Assembly: GCA_951406725.2 (NCBI GenBank)
Contig: OX597814.1
Location: 184,140,001-184,204,000, forward strand
Direction: 5' to 3'
From: Octopus vulgaris
Taxonomy: Eukaryota
Length of the DNA: 64,000 nt
The stretch's first letter is position 1, and the number at the start of each line of letters is the position of its first letter. The position numbers and the translations under genes are program-made. Of this stretch, positions 38,586 to 51,344 are shown one piece after another. The notes beneath the pieces were generated by a model that had not been told where the DNA came from, made no database searches, and was given only the letters and a program-made list of their open reading frames with translations.

Positions 38586-38629
38586 GAGTAAAATATGATC
38601 ACCAATGATTTACAAGTGGTTACATTTTG

Positions 38630-38662
<33 letters not shown>

Positions 38663-38891
38663 CGTGTGTGTATAGGCAAATCGAAAATGAAAATAAAATA
38701 CAGAACAACAAAAGTCAATAGATGTACACTGTGAATGTTGACGATCAGTCCAAGATGGAAAAAGAGAGGTGGTGGTTGTAACGTTTAGAGCATGGTTCTT
38801 CGTCAGAAAGAAGAAAATGGAAAGAGGAAAAGATCAGAGAAGGAATAATAGTCGAAGAAAAACACGTGTGTGGTTCAAACTTCAACAGTAG

Positions 38892-38947
<56 letters not shown>

Positions 38948-38964
38948 TGTGTGTGTATGTATAA

Positions 38965-39013
<49 letters not shown>

Positions 39014-39124
39014 TCATAAACGATCAAACTACAAGGGAAATTCTCTAGAGGAAGAATTCAGCGAACACCAGAACCAAAAATTTGGCGGGCAGGACATATG
39101 AAAAATTAAATAAAAAACAGACTT

Positions 39125-39202
39125 AAATGCATACCTCGGTTTCGGTCTTAACAAAAGAATTACTTGCATAATTCAAGTGTCCGTGACTTCTTCAGTACAT
39201 TC
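39125..39202 (-). ncRNA. Type I hammerhead ribozyme, copy 1
   Basis: gaatgta-CTGAAGA-agtc...gacc-GAAA-ccgagg-TA-tgcattt: 7-bp stem I, extended stem II with gaatta/taattc hairpin, minimal stem III. Confidence 0.8.
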
Positions 39203-39670
39203 GGTCCTCGAGATGCAAACTGAAAGACTAACCCCAGCTCTCAGTGTCAAGACAGACACGTGCTTAGTCTTACTGATTACATCGGGAATAAAATTTCAAA
39301 TGTCTTGGTTCCGGCGCGCTAAGAGACTCATGAAGCGAAGGGCTGCAGCGAATAATTCACTGCGGGTAAAGCTTACTGCTAGGGAACGTATTTATTTAAA
39401 TATTTAAAAATTGAGGGAGATAAATTAATATTAATTTTAATATCAATTTAAAACCAGTAGTCCAGCATTCAAAAAATCTGAGGAGTCAGAGAAAATTCAA
39501 ATATATGTGTATATTGGCAGGGCTGGCCTGCTAGGTAGCCGGCCAGAATGCTAGAAATAGATCATAAACGATCAAACTACAAGGGAAATTCTCTAGAGGA
39601 AGAATTCAGCGAACACCAGAACCAAATTTGGCGGGCAGGACATATGAAAAATTAAATAAAAAACAGACTT

Positions 39671-39748
39671 AAATGCATACCTCGGTTTCGGTCTTAACAA
39701 AAGAATTACTTGCATAATTCAAGTGTCCGTGACTTCTTCAGTACATTC
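39671..39748 (-). ncRNA. Type I hammerhead ribozyme, copy 2
   Basis: Identical to copy 1, 546 bp away. Confidence 0.8.
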
Positions 39749-40041
39749 GGTCCTCGAGATGCAAACCGCAAGACTAACCCCAAACCTTATTATTTAATTT
39801 TTCATATGTCCTGCCCGCCAAATTTGGTTCTGGTGTTCGCTGAATTCTTCCTCTAGAGAATTTCCCTTGTAGTTTGATCGTTTATGATCTATTTCTAGCA
39901 TTCTGGCCGGCTACCTAGCAGGCCAGCCCTGCCAATATACACATATATTTGAATTTTCTCTGACTCCTCAGATTTTTTGAATGCTGGACTACTGGTTTTT
40001 ATTGATATTAAAATTAATATTAATTTATCTCCCTCAATTTT

Positions 40042-40083
<42 letters not shown>

Positions 40084-40179
40084 TAAGAGAGTTACCACTA
40101 AGTGGTTAACTCTAGTGCTAAAAATAGCTCCTTTTTCTGGGATAGCTACCAAAGTTGTTTCCAATAAATACCTCATTTA

Positions 40180-40231
<52 letters not shown>

Positions 40232-40871
40232 AAAGTAGTGACGATAAGCAGAAATGTTTATCATTTGTTCATACGTACGTTTCACAGTTGTGTTCGTTGG
40301 AAACACTTCACTGGGTGCTCCAAGAGCCATTGGATACTTAATCCCAATGTACGTAATTTCTTCTACATTTGCTCTGTATATCATAACCAGTATATCAGCC
40401 AAAATACTATTTTTAAATGAGACCAGATGATGATAATCTATGTGGAGCAGTCAAGTGTAGCAGCCATACATCTAACTGTACACGCAATATATAAGTTTAT
40501 CTGTCTGTTTGTCTATCTTTCTGTCTGACTCTCTCTCTCTCTCTCTCTCCCTCTTTCTTCCTCTCTCTCTTTCTTTCTCTCTCTCTCTCCCTCTCTCGCT
40601 ATAAGCATAATTAGTTTTGTGTAAATTATTCGTCAAGTTTCAGCTGAATGTACGACTAAAATGCTGCATTGCTTGTATCGTCGAAATATAATTTTATCCT
40701 GATTTCATATTTTGGTCCCAGGCCAGCAAAGTCAATTTCATATTTTGGTCCCAGGCCGGCAAAGTCGATTTCATTTTTCCCAGTGCTCAACTGTTATTTA
40801 TTTTATCAAGCCCGAAAAGATGACAGGCAAAGTCGACCGCGGTGGATTTTGAAAATTATTCAATATTAATA

Positions 40872-41434
40872 TTGGATTGTCCGGAAAGTTCGTGCCGATT
40901 TATAGTAGCTTACATTTAGACTTAATTTAGAACATGGTTGAGTCCATAAAATAGGATTTAACAACTCCTCCATTTAGAGCACAGTTTAAGCTACCTTTCG
41001 TGGAAGAAGGTTTATGTTACTATAACCTGTGTTAATTCTGTAACCCATTAAAATGGAAGATAAAGTTCATTTTCGGACTTGATGCTTTGGGAACCAGACA
41101 AAAATTGCTGCAGCTCGGCTGGGATGTGTTACCCCACCCTCCATATTCACCAGATATTGCTCTTTTGGATTTCCACTTATTTATGTCTCTGCAGAATAGT
41201 CTTAATGGTAAAAATTTCAAAATTCCTTGGATGACGTAAAACGATACCTTGATGAATTCTTTGCCATGAAACCACCTCATTTCTGGAAAGAGGGTATTTT
41301 CAAGTTAAAGGAAAGATGGAGACGCATTGTGCAACAAAATGGTTCATATTTGGTTGATTAAAAATGTAATGGTAAGTATTTATTGACCTTTTTGTTTCAT
41401 TTATAAATAGGTACGAACTTTCCGGACAACCCAA
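40872..41434 (+). mobile_element. Internally deleted mariner (DD34D) transposon
   Basis: TIRs ttggattgtccggaaagttcgt / acgaactttccggacaacccaa, TA TSD, remnant GWDVLPHPPYSPDIA. Confidence 0.92.
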
Positions 41435-42175
41435 TAGCTTCTGTTTACTTGGAAATTTTTAGTGTTTTGAGAAACTAATGTGTGTATGTGTGGCGCGTAT
41501 GTGTCTGTACGCGCGTGTGTGTTTTTACGCGCGTGTTTGAAAATATGTATTTTTCTATGAAACCGAAATCTGTATTTGTGAACATATTCCGAATATTATT
41601 TGGAGTTTTATTACTGAATAGAAACTTGATCGTAACAATCTGAACTCTTATCACACTTATTCTTGTATCAACAAACGTACGTATTAAAAAGACAAACAAA
41701 CCAAGAAAAGAAAAGAGCTGTAGCATGGATAGAACACAAAACCAGATAGAAGAGGAAAAAAAAATAACAGATAATGAATCAACTCAAACAATAAACAGAG
41801 AGATAAAAACACCAAAAAGGCATTTCGAACTGCAAAAGAAGAAAAAAAATAGAATGCAACGATTTAAAACAATGTAAAAAGAATAATAACAGCAAAGCAA
41901 AAACAAAAAAAATCGCTGAACTAAATTCTTGAAGATATATACCTACCAAAAGTCTACGCATTATCTCTCTTTCTTTCATTCATCCGTATTTTTTTTAAAC
42001 CACACTATCAATCTTTGTGACTATGCTCACCCTTTCGTACACATATTTTTGTAAACTTCTTAAGAATACTTGGATGGTGACAGTGATCAATTAGAGAGAT
42101 ATCTTATAAAACGGTCGAATAGACTGATATACATCATATATATGGTGAAGGAAATCTGAACATGTCTTGAATATT

Positions 42176-42210
<35 letters not shown>

Positions 42211-43099
42211 ACGCACACACAATCTCTCTCTGTCTCTCTCTGTCTGTCTGCCTCTCTCTCACTCTCTCTCTTTCTCACTCTCTCTCTTTCTCACTCTCTC
42301 TCTCACTCTCGCTCTGTCTGTGTGCCTCCACTTCTTTTCTGTATCTATTTCCCACCCACACGTACATATGTAAAAACTTACATATATACGTGCTTATATA
42401 TTTGTGTGTGTGTGAGTATGTGTGTGTGGATATGTGTGTGTGTATACATCTTTTGCTTTCATTCTGCGGTAAACGGTAAAGACCACCAGGAACGATACCA
42501 CTTCGATGTACAGCTAGTTGATAAGGCCCCTGAATGAAATCTAAGAATTCAATTAGTAAGTAGTAAGCAGTAAGTAGGCAAATGTTATCACATTCTGTAG
42601 GTATGTTCTACCACGTCTCTCTCTCCATCCCTCTTTCTCTCTCCCTCCCTCTTTCTTTCTCCCTCCCTCCCTCCTTCTCTCTTTTTCTTTCTCCCTCTCT
42701 CTTTCTCTCTCCATCCCTTCCTTTTCTCTCTCCCTCCCTCCCTCCCTCTTTCTCTCTCCCTCCTTTTTCCCTCCCTCCCTTTTTCTATCTCCCTCCCCCT
42801 CTCTCTCTTTCAGACTCTTCCACCCTGTCTTTACTGAATTTGTTTCACTTTCGAATTTGTCGATTCTACCAACCACACACACACACACACACACACTTAA
42901 ACACAAACATACATACACATTCACACCTACTTAAACACATGACATACTCACATACACACAGATATATACACTCATACATTATACACTACATTTTGGAGGT
43001 GCACACAAATACATCACAAGTAACAAAATATTGATTTACCTATTTAAAAGCAATTGACACGTACTATATTCCAAATGCTTAGAAGTTCTATACTCTTGT

Positions 43100-43335
43100 A
43101 TTCAGATAGATGCATTCTGGACTGAAACATAGGATATAATATTGTTATAGTAATTACTAAATGCACTTTGAATGTCCTGCGTAGTTCATATCTACAAACA
43201 TGTGCACCAAACAGATTATAGCGTATATTTGTCCAAATGCATTCTATAAATGAAATAAAAGAGCTTAGAGAAATATTCAAAATGGCCAGTGGCTTGTATT
43301 CGAACAACAACGAAGACAAAGGATATATCAAATAA
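43100..43335 (+). pseudogene. PB1: Influenza-like PB1 fragment (motif F region)
   Basis: CTLNVL/LTLNTM; APNRL*RIFV/TPGMQIRGFV; SGLYSNNNEDK/SGLPVGGNEKK. Confidence 0.65.
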
Positions 43336-43379
43336 TATACATGATAAATTTTGGATTTCTAAAACTTATCTCTATGCTT

Positions 43380-44790
43380 CTAAATAGGAATGCTCGATCG
43401 CTTACTGGCAATTAGAACGAACGGCAAATGATAAAGGGAGGTAATTTTAAAAATTAAGTATACTCCAAAATTTTCATGTTATTAATGAAAATCCAGTCTG
43501 GTTAAGAACAGTTGTGAACATCTGTTTCCGCGTCAGTAAGTGTCATCAGCATATCGACCTACCATCTCTTTTTTTTTATCTTAGGTCACATGTGAGGTCT
43601 CTCATGAGTACTACTGTTAACATAGAATACAGTATAATCTGTTGTACGGTCGAGTCATCCGTGCCTAAACTGGCACTCTCGTTAGACTTGCCTAGTGAGA
43701 AGAGTTGCTCGAAACCCAGCAGGATTAGAAACAAAACCCGTCAAAGTAGGTTCAACGACTTATCTTGCAATAGCATGGGTCCTGAGAAATTCCGGATTAG
43801 TGTTCGGCGTGCTGCAAGACCACTGGGAATAAGGTACACCTTGGATTCTGTTAAAGCATATCTCTGGAATCCATTTCAAACCCAGGCAACAACTACTCCG
43901 ATAATTGGCGGTAACCTGACCAGCAAAACCTCAGCGACGGTCGACAATCGACTGCAAGATGAGCTGCTTTGGATCAAGCTATCCCAAAGTGTGTAAGCAT
44001 ATGAGTGGAGACTATATATGAACATATATTCCCCAGGAAACCCCGAACAGTTCAATCCATTCCGAGTGAATGGCACCGCAAATACTGCTAAGTGCATTTG
44101 TTTCTTCAGCAGACGCAACATTCAGCTTATACTAAAAGTGGCGAACACGATTATAGCCATGTTACTTGATATAAATGAAAGGAAAATAAGTTTAGTGTGG
44201 CAAAATTCATGGAATTGAATAGAACAACACACTAAGGGTGCAGTCAATAATATACGTGAGAAATTCTTTATTTATTGAAATTATTTTCACTTTAGATACG
44301 GTGGCCCAGACGCTTCGTGGTACATAGGACCAAATCTAAATCAAGAAGTGTGAGATAATCTCAAGAATAAATTATTCTCCAAAGCGTATATGCCGTTAGG
44401 GAAAACGTAATCTGATTGAAGAGACCCTACTAAGTTTTGTATGTGTCAAATATCACTTATGCAGAAAGTAAAACACATCTGCTGAAGATAAGGCGTGCTG
44501 ATGACGCTTTTTGAAGAAGAAACACCTCCTACAGCTGAGATCTTGTCATTAGACAATCAAAGTATCTGTTTCTTAATGAGATAAGAGTTTTGTGGAATTC
44601 TAGATTTTTGAGATAATTCCCCTTTTTTATTTGAATTTGAATTTGATACCAATCGCAAGGAAGTGATTGGTACCATGTCTGGAAACGGAGTTAATTTCAA
44701 TAAATCAAGAATTTGTCATAAACATATTCAGCATACAAATTTTTCCCTTTCCTCTTCTTCATCTCGTATCGTATACTACAGTTCAATGCT
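43380..44790 (-). pseudogene. NP: Near-full-length decayed influenza-like nucleoprotein
   Basis: Collinear: QILDLLKLT/QMCTELKLS; RIPQNSYLIKKQIL/RLIQNSLTIERMVL; YNRV/YERM; SGFPGEYMF/SRNPGNAEF; LILQSIVDRR/LILRGSVAHK; YAL/YSL; PNTNP/PNENP; FEQLFSL/FEDLRVL; FAVRSN/FSVQRN. Confidence 0.8.
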
Positions 44791-45099
44791 ACCAAATCAA
44801 GCAAGAGAAATTTCTAATCAGTTATAGAAAAACATAGCCGTTTCAATAAATACATCTTTCACACACTCACAGACACGCACTTCTGTGTGTATGTGAGTGT
44901 GTCTGTATGTGTGTGAGTGTGTGTATGTGTGTTTATCAATTACTTTAAATATTCTAAGCCAGTGGCAATAATATGCCAATTCATATTTTCATTCATAGTG
45001 CTTTAAAAGGATCGTGAAACAGACATACGTACATAGATTTGTATGTATCTATGTATGTATACTTGTATGCATATATATGTATGTATGTGTGTGTATGTA

Positions 45100-45195
<96 letters not shown>

Positions 45196-45244
45196 TAGAT
45201 ATATGTATACACACACACACACAAATATAAATGTACACACATAT

Positions 45245-45650
45245 AAATTGGGCGAAGGGGTTGGATAGCGGTGAAATTAATTTGTTTGATTATCATACGC
45301 CAGTGTTCGAAATTCTGTATTAATTGCATTTAATTAATTTAACCGAAGCATATATTTATAGCATTAGTTTTGTTATTCAACTCGGACACTAAACTGAGAA
45401 TCATAGCTTTCTTATGTCAGTAAGTATATTAAATTTCCAGAACCAGCTTGATGTGACAAAAGAGCGTTTCATAAAGTAATCACGAAACACGCGGCTAATA
45501 GTACTTGAGATTTTAGGTTAATTATTATGGTTGATTTTAAGGATTGTAAATATTAGCAATTCTGAAATTGCTGAATATAATCAACAGATTGGTATTTATA
45601 ATTGCAGAGATCTTTAATTCAGAGATGGAAGTTTGTACATAATTAAACAT
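45245..45650 (-). pseudogene. PB2: Influenza-like PB2 fragment (cap-627 linker region)
   Basis: GSGNLI/QRGNVL; SLVSELN/SMMWEIN; LIQNFE/IIRNWE; INFTAIQPLRP/MEFEPFQSLVP. Confidence 0.55.
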
Positions 45651-45939
45651 TGTTGTCTCAACTTTGTTGACTTTTTTTTTTTACTTATTAAGATATGACG
45701 TAGAGTGGATGAGTATCGAATTCAAAGCGAAATTAAACACTATCTTCCTTTCGTTTTTTTTTTTTTTTTTTTTTTTGCTAACTGTGAGAAAGAAAGTGAA
45801 AAGTTGCGGCTTAGAAACGTAATTCATAAAAGTTTGTAAAGAATAATTAAAATATTCAACAATGTTATTGCCGCAGGAATGAATGAATAAATAAATAAAC
45901 AATACATACAAATAGTCAGATAACAACAACAACAACAAC

Positions 45940-45993
<54 letters not shown>

Positions 45994-45995
<2 letters not shown>

Positions 45996-46184
45996 ACCAG
46001 GACTTACAAACACATATAACATACAGAAAATTGCACTACTAGGCACTGCACACATCCTACGCAGAACACTTTCCATACAATAACCATCAGAGCATCACAA
46101 CAAATCACAGCACATACCTAAGGCACACAGAGCTGCGCTCGGTAGTGAAGTGAAAGCACGCTATAAAAATAAAACTACTGAATG

Positions 46185-46258
<74 letters not shown>

Positions 46259-46545
46259 CTAACGATGCATGGTACCTGTCTTCCACGTACGGACACTGAT
46301 CGCCTATACATGAAGAGAGCAAATGGAGAAAGGGGATTGATAAGTGTGGAAGACTGCATGCGTATCGAACTAGAGAGCTTAATGAGATAACGAGCCCAAA
46401 GTGAGGAAACCTTGCTAGCGACAGTTCAGAACGAAGGAGTATTGAAAGCAAAAAAGGATATGAAAAAGAATTACGCAAGAAGGGAATACACAATCAATTC
46501 CATGCAGTCACAACAGAAGTTGCTGGAAAAAAATTGGTGGGAATG
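45994..46545 (+). mobile_element. Dong/R4 fragments in (AAT)n
   Basis: PGLTNTYNIQKIALLGTAHILRRTLS* plus UTR; then PRTDTDRLYMKRANGERGL. Confidence 0.8.
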
Positions 46546-46549
46546 AGTG

Positions 46550-47200
46550 ATGATGGCCTAAGATAGAATTTAGGCATCGACGAGGATAGTTTGAGTAGTC
46601 TCTCGTAGAGGACCTTCGGGTCGAAGATTATAGGCAATATCCAAAAGTCTTTGGCTTAGCAGTGCTACAGAGGGGTAGTGCCTGTTCGAGAAAGCTCTTC
46701 AGGTATGGAATTTCCTACAGGCGAATTTACCCGAGACTTGCAGAGGGACGAAACTGTCCTGCATGTAATAATTCAGTGTCCGTGCATTAGAGAGTTGTGG
46801 GATTGTGTGGAGCAACTGTTGTCGCGTGTAAGTCGAATTTCGCTGTCTGCTGAGTGAATAGCAGAGAAGGTAAGCAGATCCTTTTCTGTTTTGTGGCTGT
46901 GGCAAAAGACGCTGTTTGGTGGACCCGTCTGAATGGTTTGAAGACAGGCACATTCCTATCTGGTCGTCACCAATTTCTTTGAATATCATTTGAAGAGGAG
47001 GGTGAGGGTAAAGAGGGAGGTGTTGCCTTCTAGTGTGTTTATCAAAAGATGGTCGACAGTGGCAAGACTGAATGGATCTACTCTGAATATGCTTTATTTT
47101 CTTTGTTTTTTCCTTTTTCTCTCTGTCATTCTTCCCCTTTTTCTCTGTCACATGACTTTGTAAATGAACGATCTGGTGTGTTTATTTTAATGGCCTACCA
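46550..47200 (+). mobile_element. Degenerate L1/Tx1-like ORF2 C-terminal fragment
   Basis: SLAW-like and PVREKLFRYG remnants; GC-richer, many frameshifts. Confidence 0.5.
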
Positions 47201-47333
47201 ATGTATACAGTACGTTTCTCTGCTCTAGGTGTCAGGAAAACACTCGGTAAGAAATGGAAACAATAGAAAGATGATAATGAAAATAATAATGACAACAACA
47301 ACAACAACAACATCAATAATGATGATGATGATG

Positions 47334-47394
<61 letters not shown>

Positions 47395-47397
<3 letters not shown>

Positions 47398-47760
47398 TAG
47401 ATGCATCATGTTTGTTCCAGGATCGTAAAGAAAGAAAACGAAAAGCAGACATACAATTCCTTAAAATTTAAAATTACAAGAATTTGGAATATGGAAAGTG
47501 TAAGGATTGTGCCTATAATAATTGATGCATTGGGAACTGTAAGCAATGATATTGACAAATGGTTGAAGGAGATTGGAACAGACTGTCCTGTAGAGCTTCT
47601 ACAGAATGTTTGCCTCTTAGGGGCAAGAAAGATCATCAGAAGGGTTCTAAGCACTTGAAAGACTATTGAAAACTAGTGGATACCGAAGGTTAAAAGTTGT
47701 AACTTGCTACCCATATAAATCCTACCAGGTATATGACCAAACTTGAGTCAAACCAACAAC
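47395..47760 (+). mobile_element. Dong/R4 3' fragment
   Basis: ORF 47401..47658 LKFKITRIWNMESVRIVPIIIDALG...LQNVCLLGARKIIRRVL after (AAT)n. Confidence 0.8.
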
Positions 47761-48029
47761 GATAATATCAATAATTACAATGATAATAATTCTTTGTTAA
47801 TGACCCACAAGGTCAGCAAAATTCGTTTAGGGCAAATCAAAAGCAAAGACCTGTGGAAACAATAATTTTAGGTGTTTTCGCTCAATAAATACACACAATG
47901 CTCAGTCTAGGAATCGAAACTGCGATCCTCCGATCCTCCGACCGCGAGTCCGCCGCCGTAACCTGTGGAAACAAGCAATTACAATATAAAGATAGTTCTA
48001 AGAAACAAATTCCCCAACAGTGGGAAACG

Positions 48030-49990
48030 CCAAGAAGGGGTTGCTAAGGAATTCCCACAGATCCCCATCACCTTCATTGGATGTAGGCTAGCAGGCCGAA
48101 ATTTGGAAGACACTGTCACCACTCTTTTTAGACAAGTATGATGAAGTAATACATATGTATTTTACTAAAAGTATAGAGTAATCCTTCAGTTTAGTGTAAA
48201 ATTGTCTATACCATAACTCGACATTAAAACAATCCTTTAAAACACACATATATACACACATATACACACGTACATTAGGAATATATTCTATCTGTAATAT
48301 CTTCTTCTCGCCCTTTTCAAGCCTAGCCAGACTTATGGACCCGGTTTCTCGGTTTCTGTGGCGTATGTGCCCCCCTCCCCAGCTGGACGGGACGCCAGTT
48401 CATCGCAGCGTTACTCAAGAAACAGGGAGAGTGTGAGAGAAAGTTGTGGCGAAAGAGTACAACAGGGGTTGCCACCCCCACCCCCTGCCGGAGCCTCGTG
48501 GAGCTTTTAGGTGTTTTCGCTAAACAAACACACACAACGCTCGGTCTGGGAATCGAAACCGCCATCCTCCGACCGCGAGTCCATTGCCCTAACCAATAGG
48601 CCATTGCGCCTCCACCTGTAATATACGTCATCAAAACCACAATGCGTTGAAGTATTTCAACCTGTATAAAATATTTCTATCGATAAAATTTTCGAATTTA
48701 TCATCCGTTACGTTCAGAGAACTACACTCATACTTCTTACATAATATTTCTTATAGAAGTATCCAGTCTTTTAAAGTAAATTACCTAAATAGCCAACTGT
48801 ACGATTCGTTTGATATCAGGCTGTAGTAGTTTCATATCGCTTGCAGTGTGATTATTCTTCGGAAAGATAGGAATATCAAGCATCACATTTCCTTCCTTTC
48901 GAACGTTGGACAAATATGACAAAAAAATTGATGCATATTAAAATTATTGAACGGGATATATACATATTTCCAACAATACTCGTTTATTATCTAGTGACAA
49001 AACTACAAATGTACAGAGGTGGATGCGAATCTTGTGTATCTTGTATTCTATTGCCAAGGCTTTAGTTACATATGCATTAGTTTACTTCAACCGGAAATTA
49101 ATTGCTTATAGCGAACATCGCTGGGAGTTTAACGATTGCTAAGACTACATGTCATTTTATTTTACTCGCACAATGAGAATGGAATAATCGGCACGAAATC
49201 TTATTCTCTTTCTTTAAATCTATATAAAAAGAAACTAATCCTTCAAATTACTCTATATGAAAGAAGATTGCTCGCAGGTTCAGAACGAATGCAGAAATAC
49301 TTCTTTAAAATAAAATTATCGAAAAGTAGCCATATTGGAAATTCTCCTTTCATTTTATCTTTTCTTTTTTGCACATCTCTGTCATGATTGCATTTTTATT
49401 ACAAGATATTTCATAAACGCTTATTCCTCCAAGCAGTAAAGAATTCCGCTGAATAAACATACTTGCTCTCTGTATGAAAATCGATATTATTCTATGAATT
49501 TTATCACTGTCGAGGAAAGTAAAATATCACGGACTTCTTTCATTTTTTTTACTTAGACTTTATTTTCATTTTCTCATTGCTTTCACATTATTATTTATCA
49601 CCTTTATTATTCCTGGTTTGAGAAATACTTCAAGAGAATCTTTTCTTAAGGCATGAATTAATTACATCTTAGAAAACATGGACAAAAGTGTTGAAGATTA
49701 AGAAATTTTTCAAGGCTAACGAAAATGTTCATTGTTAAGAAAAATGTTCAACATCAATAAAAGTGCTATATATTAAAATGTACTGTTGTAGAATTCCCTT
49801 ACAATATTTATAGGTCCTAGTATTGGCATTTTCTGGAACGTATTTATCCTTACAAATTCTTTTTAGAAGCGATTATTCCAGTTGTGCCAGTTTCAATTGG
49901 AAGAGATACATTCGGCAACTGCCGTAGTTTTTAAAATTCAACAGTTAAATGTTCTTTTTTTGATAACACATTATTTAGTCGTGCACAATA
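48030..49990 (-). pseudogene. PB2: Near-full-length decayed influenza-like PB2, copy B
   Basis: RQLPNVSL/RQEKNPAL; TTVHF..IYSTFIDVE/NTVHY..IYKTYFERVE; IQRAS/VRRAA; LGGISVYEI/IGGIRMVDI; MCK/ICK; FQYGYF/FSFGGF; FEGLVSF/HEGYEEF; ILYRLKYF/MLYNKMEF; GDSVF/GNSPVF; MKVMG/LTVLG. Confidence 0.8.
48305..48615 (-). mobile_element. SINE (family E head, family C-like tail) inserted in PB2 copy B
   Basis: Reverse tRNA head ggaggcgcaatggcc; TSD ctgtaatat at 48292-48300 and 48616-48624. Confidence 0.88.
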
Positions 49991-50039
49991 TCGTAGTCAC
50001 TTTGTAGTAATGTCGACAATTAGCACGCTACTGTCTTTC

Positions 50040-51060
50040 TCGTAATGAAACATGATGTTGTTATGAGTTACCTGGTGATCTATTTGGTACAATTTCATAG
50101 AATTTTCCCTATGACATGTAAGCAGAAATTCGTAAGGGTATTATAAAGCATTTGAAATTCGGTTCCGAGACGTATAAAGAGAAATTTTTCCAGGTTACTA
50201 TATCTACAAGTTGTTTTGATAGAGCTAGTGTAACTCGCACTTATACAATATCGTGTCTTGTTTCAAAAATATATCACACTGTGATATTTATAATTTTATC
50301 ATCTATGCTTAATATACAATAAATATTTCTTTACATGTGAACGCGCATGACTCAGTGGTAAGAGCGTCGAGCTTACTATCGTGAGGTTGTGAGATCGAAT
50401 CTCGGACCGGGCTGCGTGTTGTGTTCTTGAGCAAGACACTTTATTTCACGTTGCTCCAGTTCATTCACCTGTAGAAATTAGTTGCGACGTCACAGGTGCC
50501 AAGTTGTATCTGCTGTTGCCTTTCCCTTGGATAACATCGGTGGCGTGGAGAGGGGAAGCTGGTATGCATGGGCGACTGCTGGTCTTCTATAAACAACCTT
50601 GCCCGGACTTGTGCCTGGGAGGATAACTTTTTAGGTGCAATCCCACGGTTAGTCATCACCGAAAGGGGTCTCAATTTTTTTACATATATTTGTTGTGATA
50701 GACCTCTCTGCTATCACAAACTCCTCGTGTCTCATTCTAGCCAGATTTCTTCGTTTGTCTAGGTATGATTTTTATATTTATATTCGTGGAGTCCGGCACG
50801 CAAATGTATTCACTGTGCAAAGGCAGGCCTTAATTAATGGTTATTCATCATGGTTTACTTGCACACCATCATTTCTTCTGCTTTATTGGTGCTGTTTTAT
50901 GCTTTTCCAATAATATGCGAACGTTATTACTGTGGTAATAACCGAGTTATAACTTATTGTTCCATGACAATCCAGAGAAACCAGTAGCAGATATTCTTGT
51001 AAGTTGGAAAGTAGTGCACAACATAAAAGTATAGCTAAAAACTGATCATTGACTACCAGT
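50040..51060 (-). pseudogene. HA: Possible haemagglutinin-like (HA1) fragment interrupted by a SINE
   Basis: Hydrophobic leader then NKL*LGYYHSNNVRILLEK vs DTICIGYHANNS..VDTVLEK; after the SINE, TTC..RLG..HVIG..NCTK*I vs TKC..PLG..VTIGECPKYV. Weak. Confidence 0.35.
50338..50672 (+). mobile_element. SINE family D
   Basis: Homologous to 16720-17052; TSD-like tttacat on both sides. Confidence 0.85.
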
Positions 51061-51344
51061 AACCCATTACATCTTTCTCTTCTTTATTGTAAACTTATGT
51101 GGGTTTCGCCATTTGCTGAGTCCATATTCCACTGGGTTCAGCTTTGTCTTTATTCCTCTGGGGTCTCTAGAAGACGATTTGGTTGCTATTTCTAGCTGGT
51201 CACCCGACCACATAGAAGCTCTCGCTTTAGCCTCTCCTCAGAAATGTTGTCTCCATATGTAATATAAACAGAATGATATACGATAGAAAAAAGAAACAAA
51301 ACAGAAATGACAAGTAGAATATATCGTTAAAAGCTGTTAGGCTT

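Larger units (their letters stand above)
39011..40047 (-). mobile_element. Retrozyme/Penelope-like non-autonomous element: 1.4 tandem ~546-bp units plus an inverted partial copy
   Basis: 39011-39225 is repeated at 39559-39781; 39790-40047 is the reverse complement of ~39399-39660; (TA)n on both flanks; no ORF. Confidence 0.8.

Noticed and set aside
38776-38810. Hammerhead-like CTGACGA motif on the minus strand
   Set aside because: GAAA is mutated to TAAA and stems are weak; at most a dead Penelope remnant.
43514-43996. 160-aa plus-strand ORF with a splice-acceptor-like start
   Set aside because: Antisense shadow of the minus-strand NP fossil.
43576-44160. Minus frame interrupted only by TGA, suggesting a TGA=Trp code
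   Set aside because: NP motifs alternate between frames, so ordinary decay explains it.
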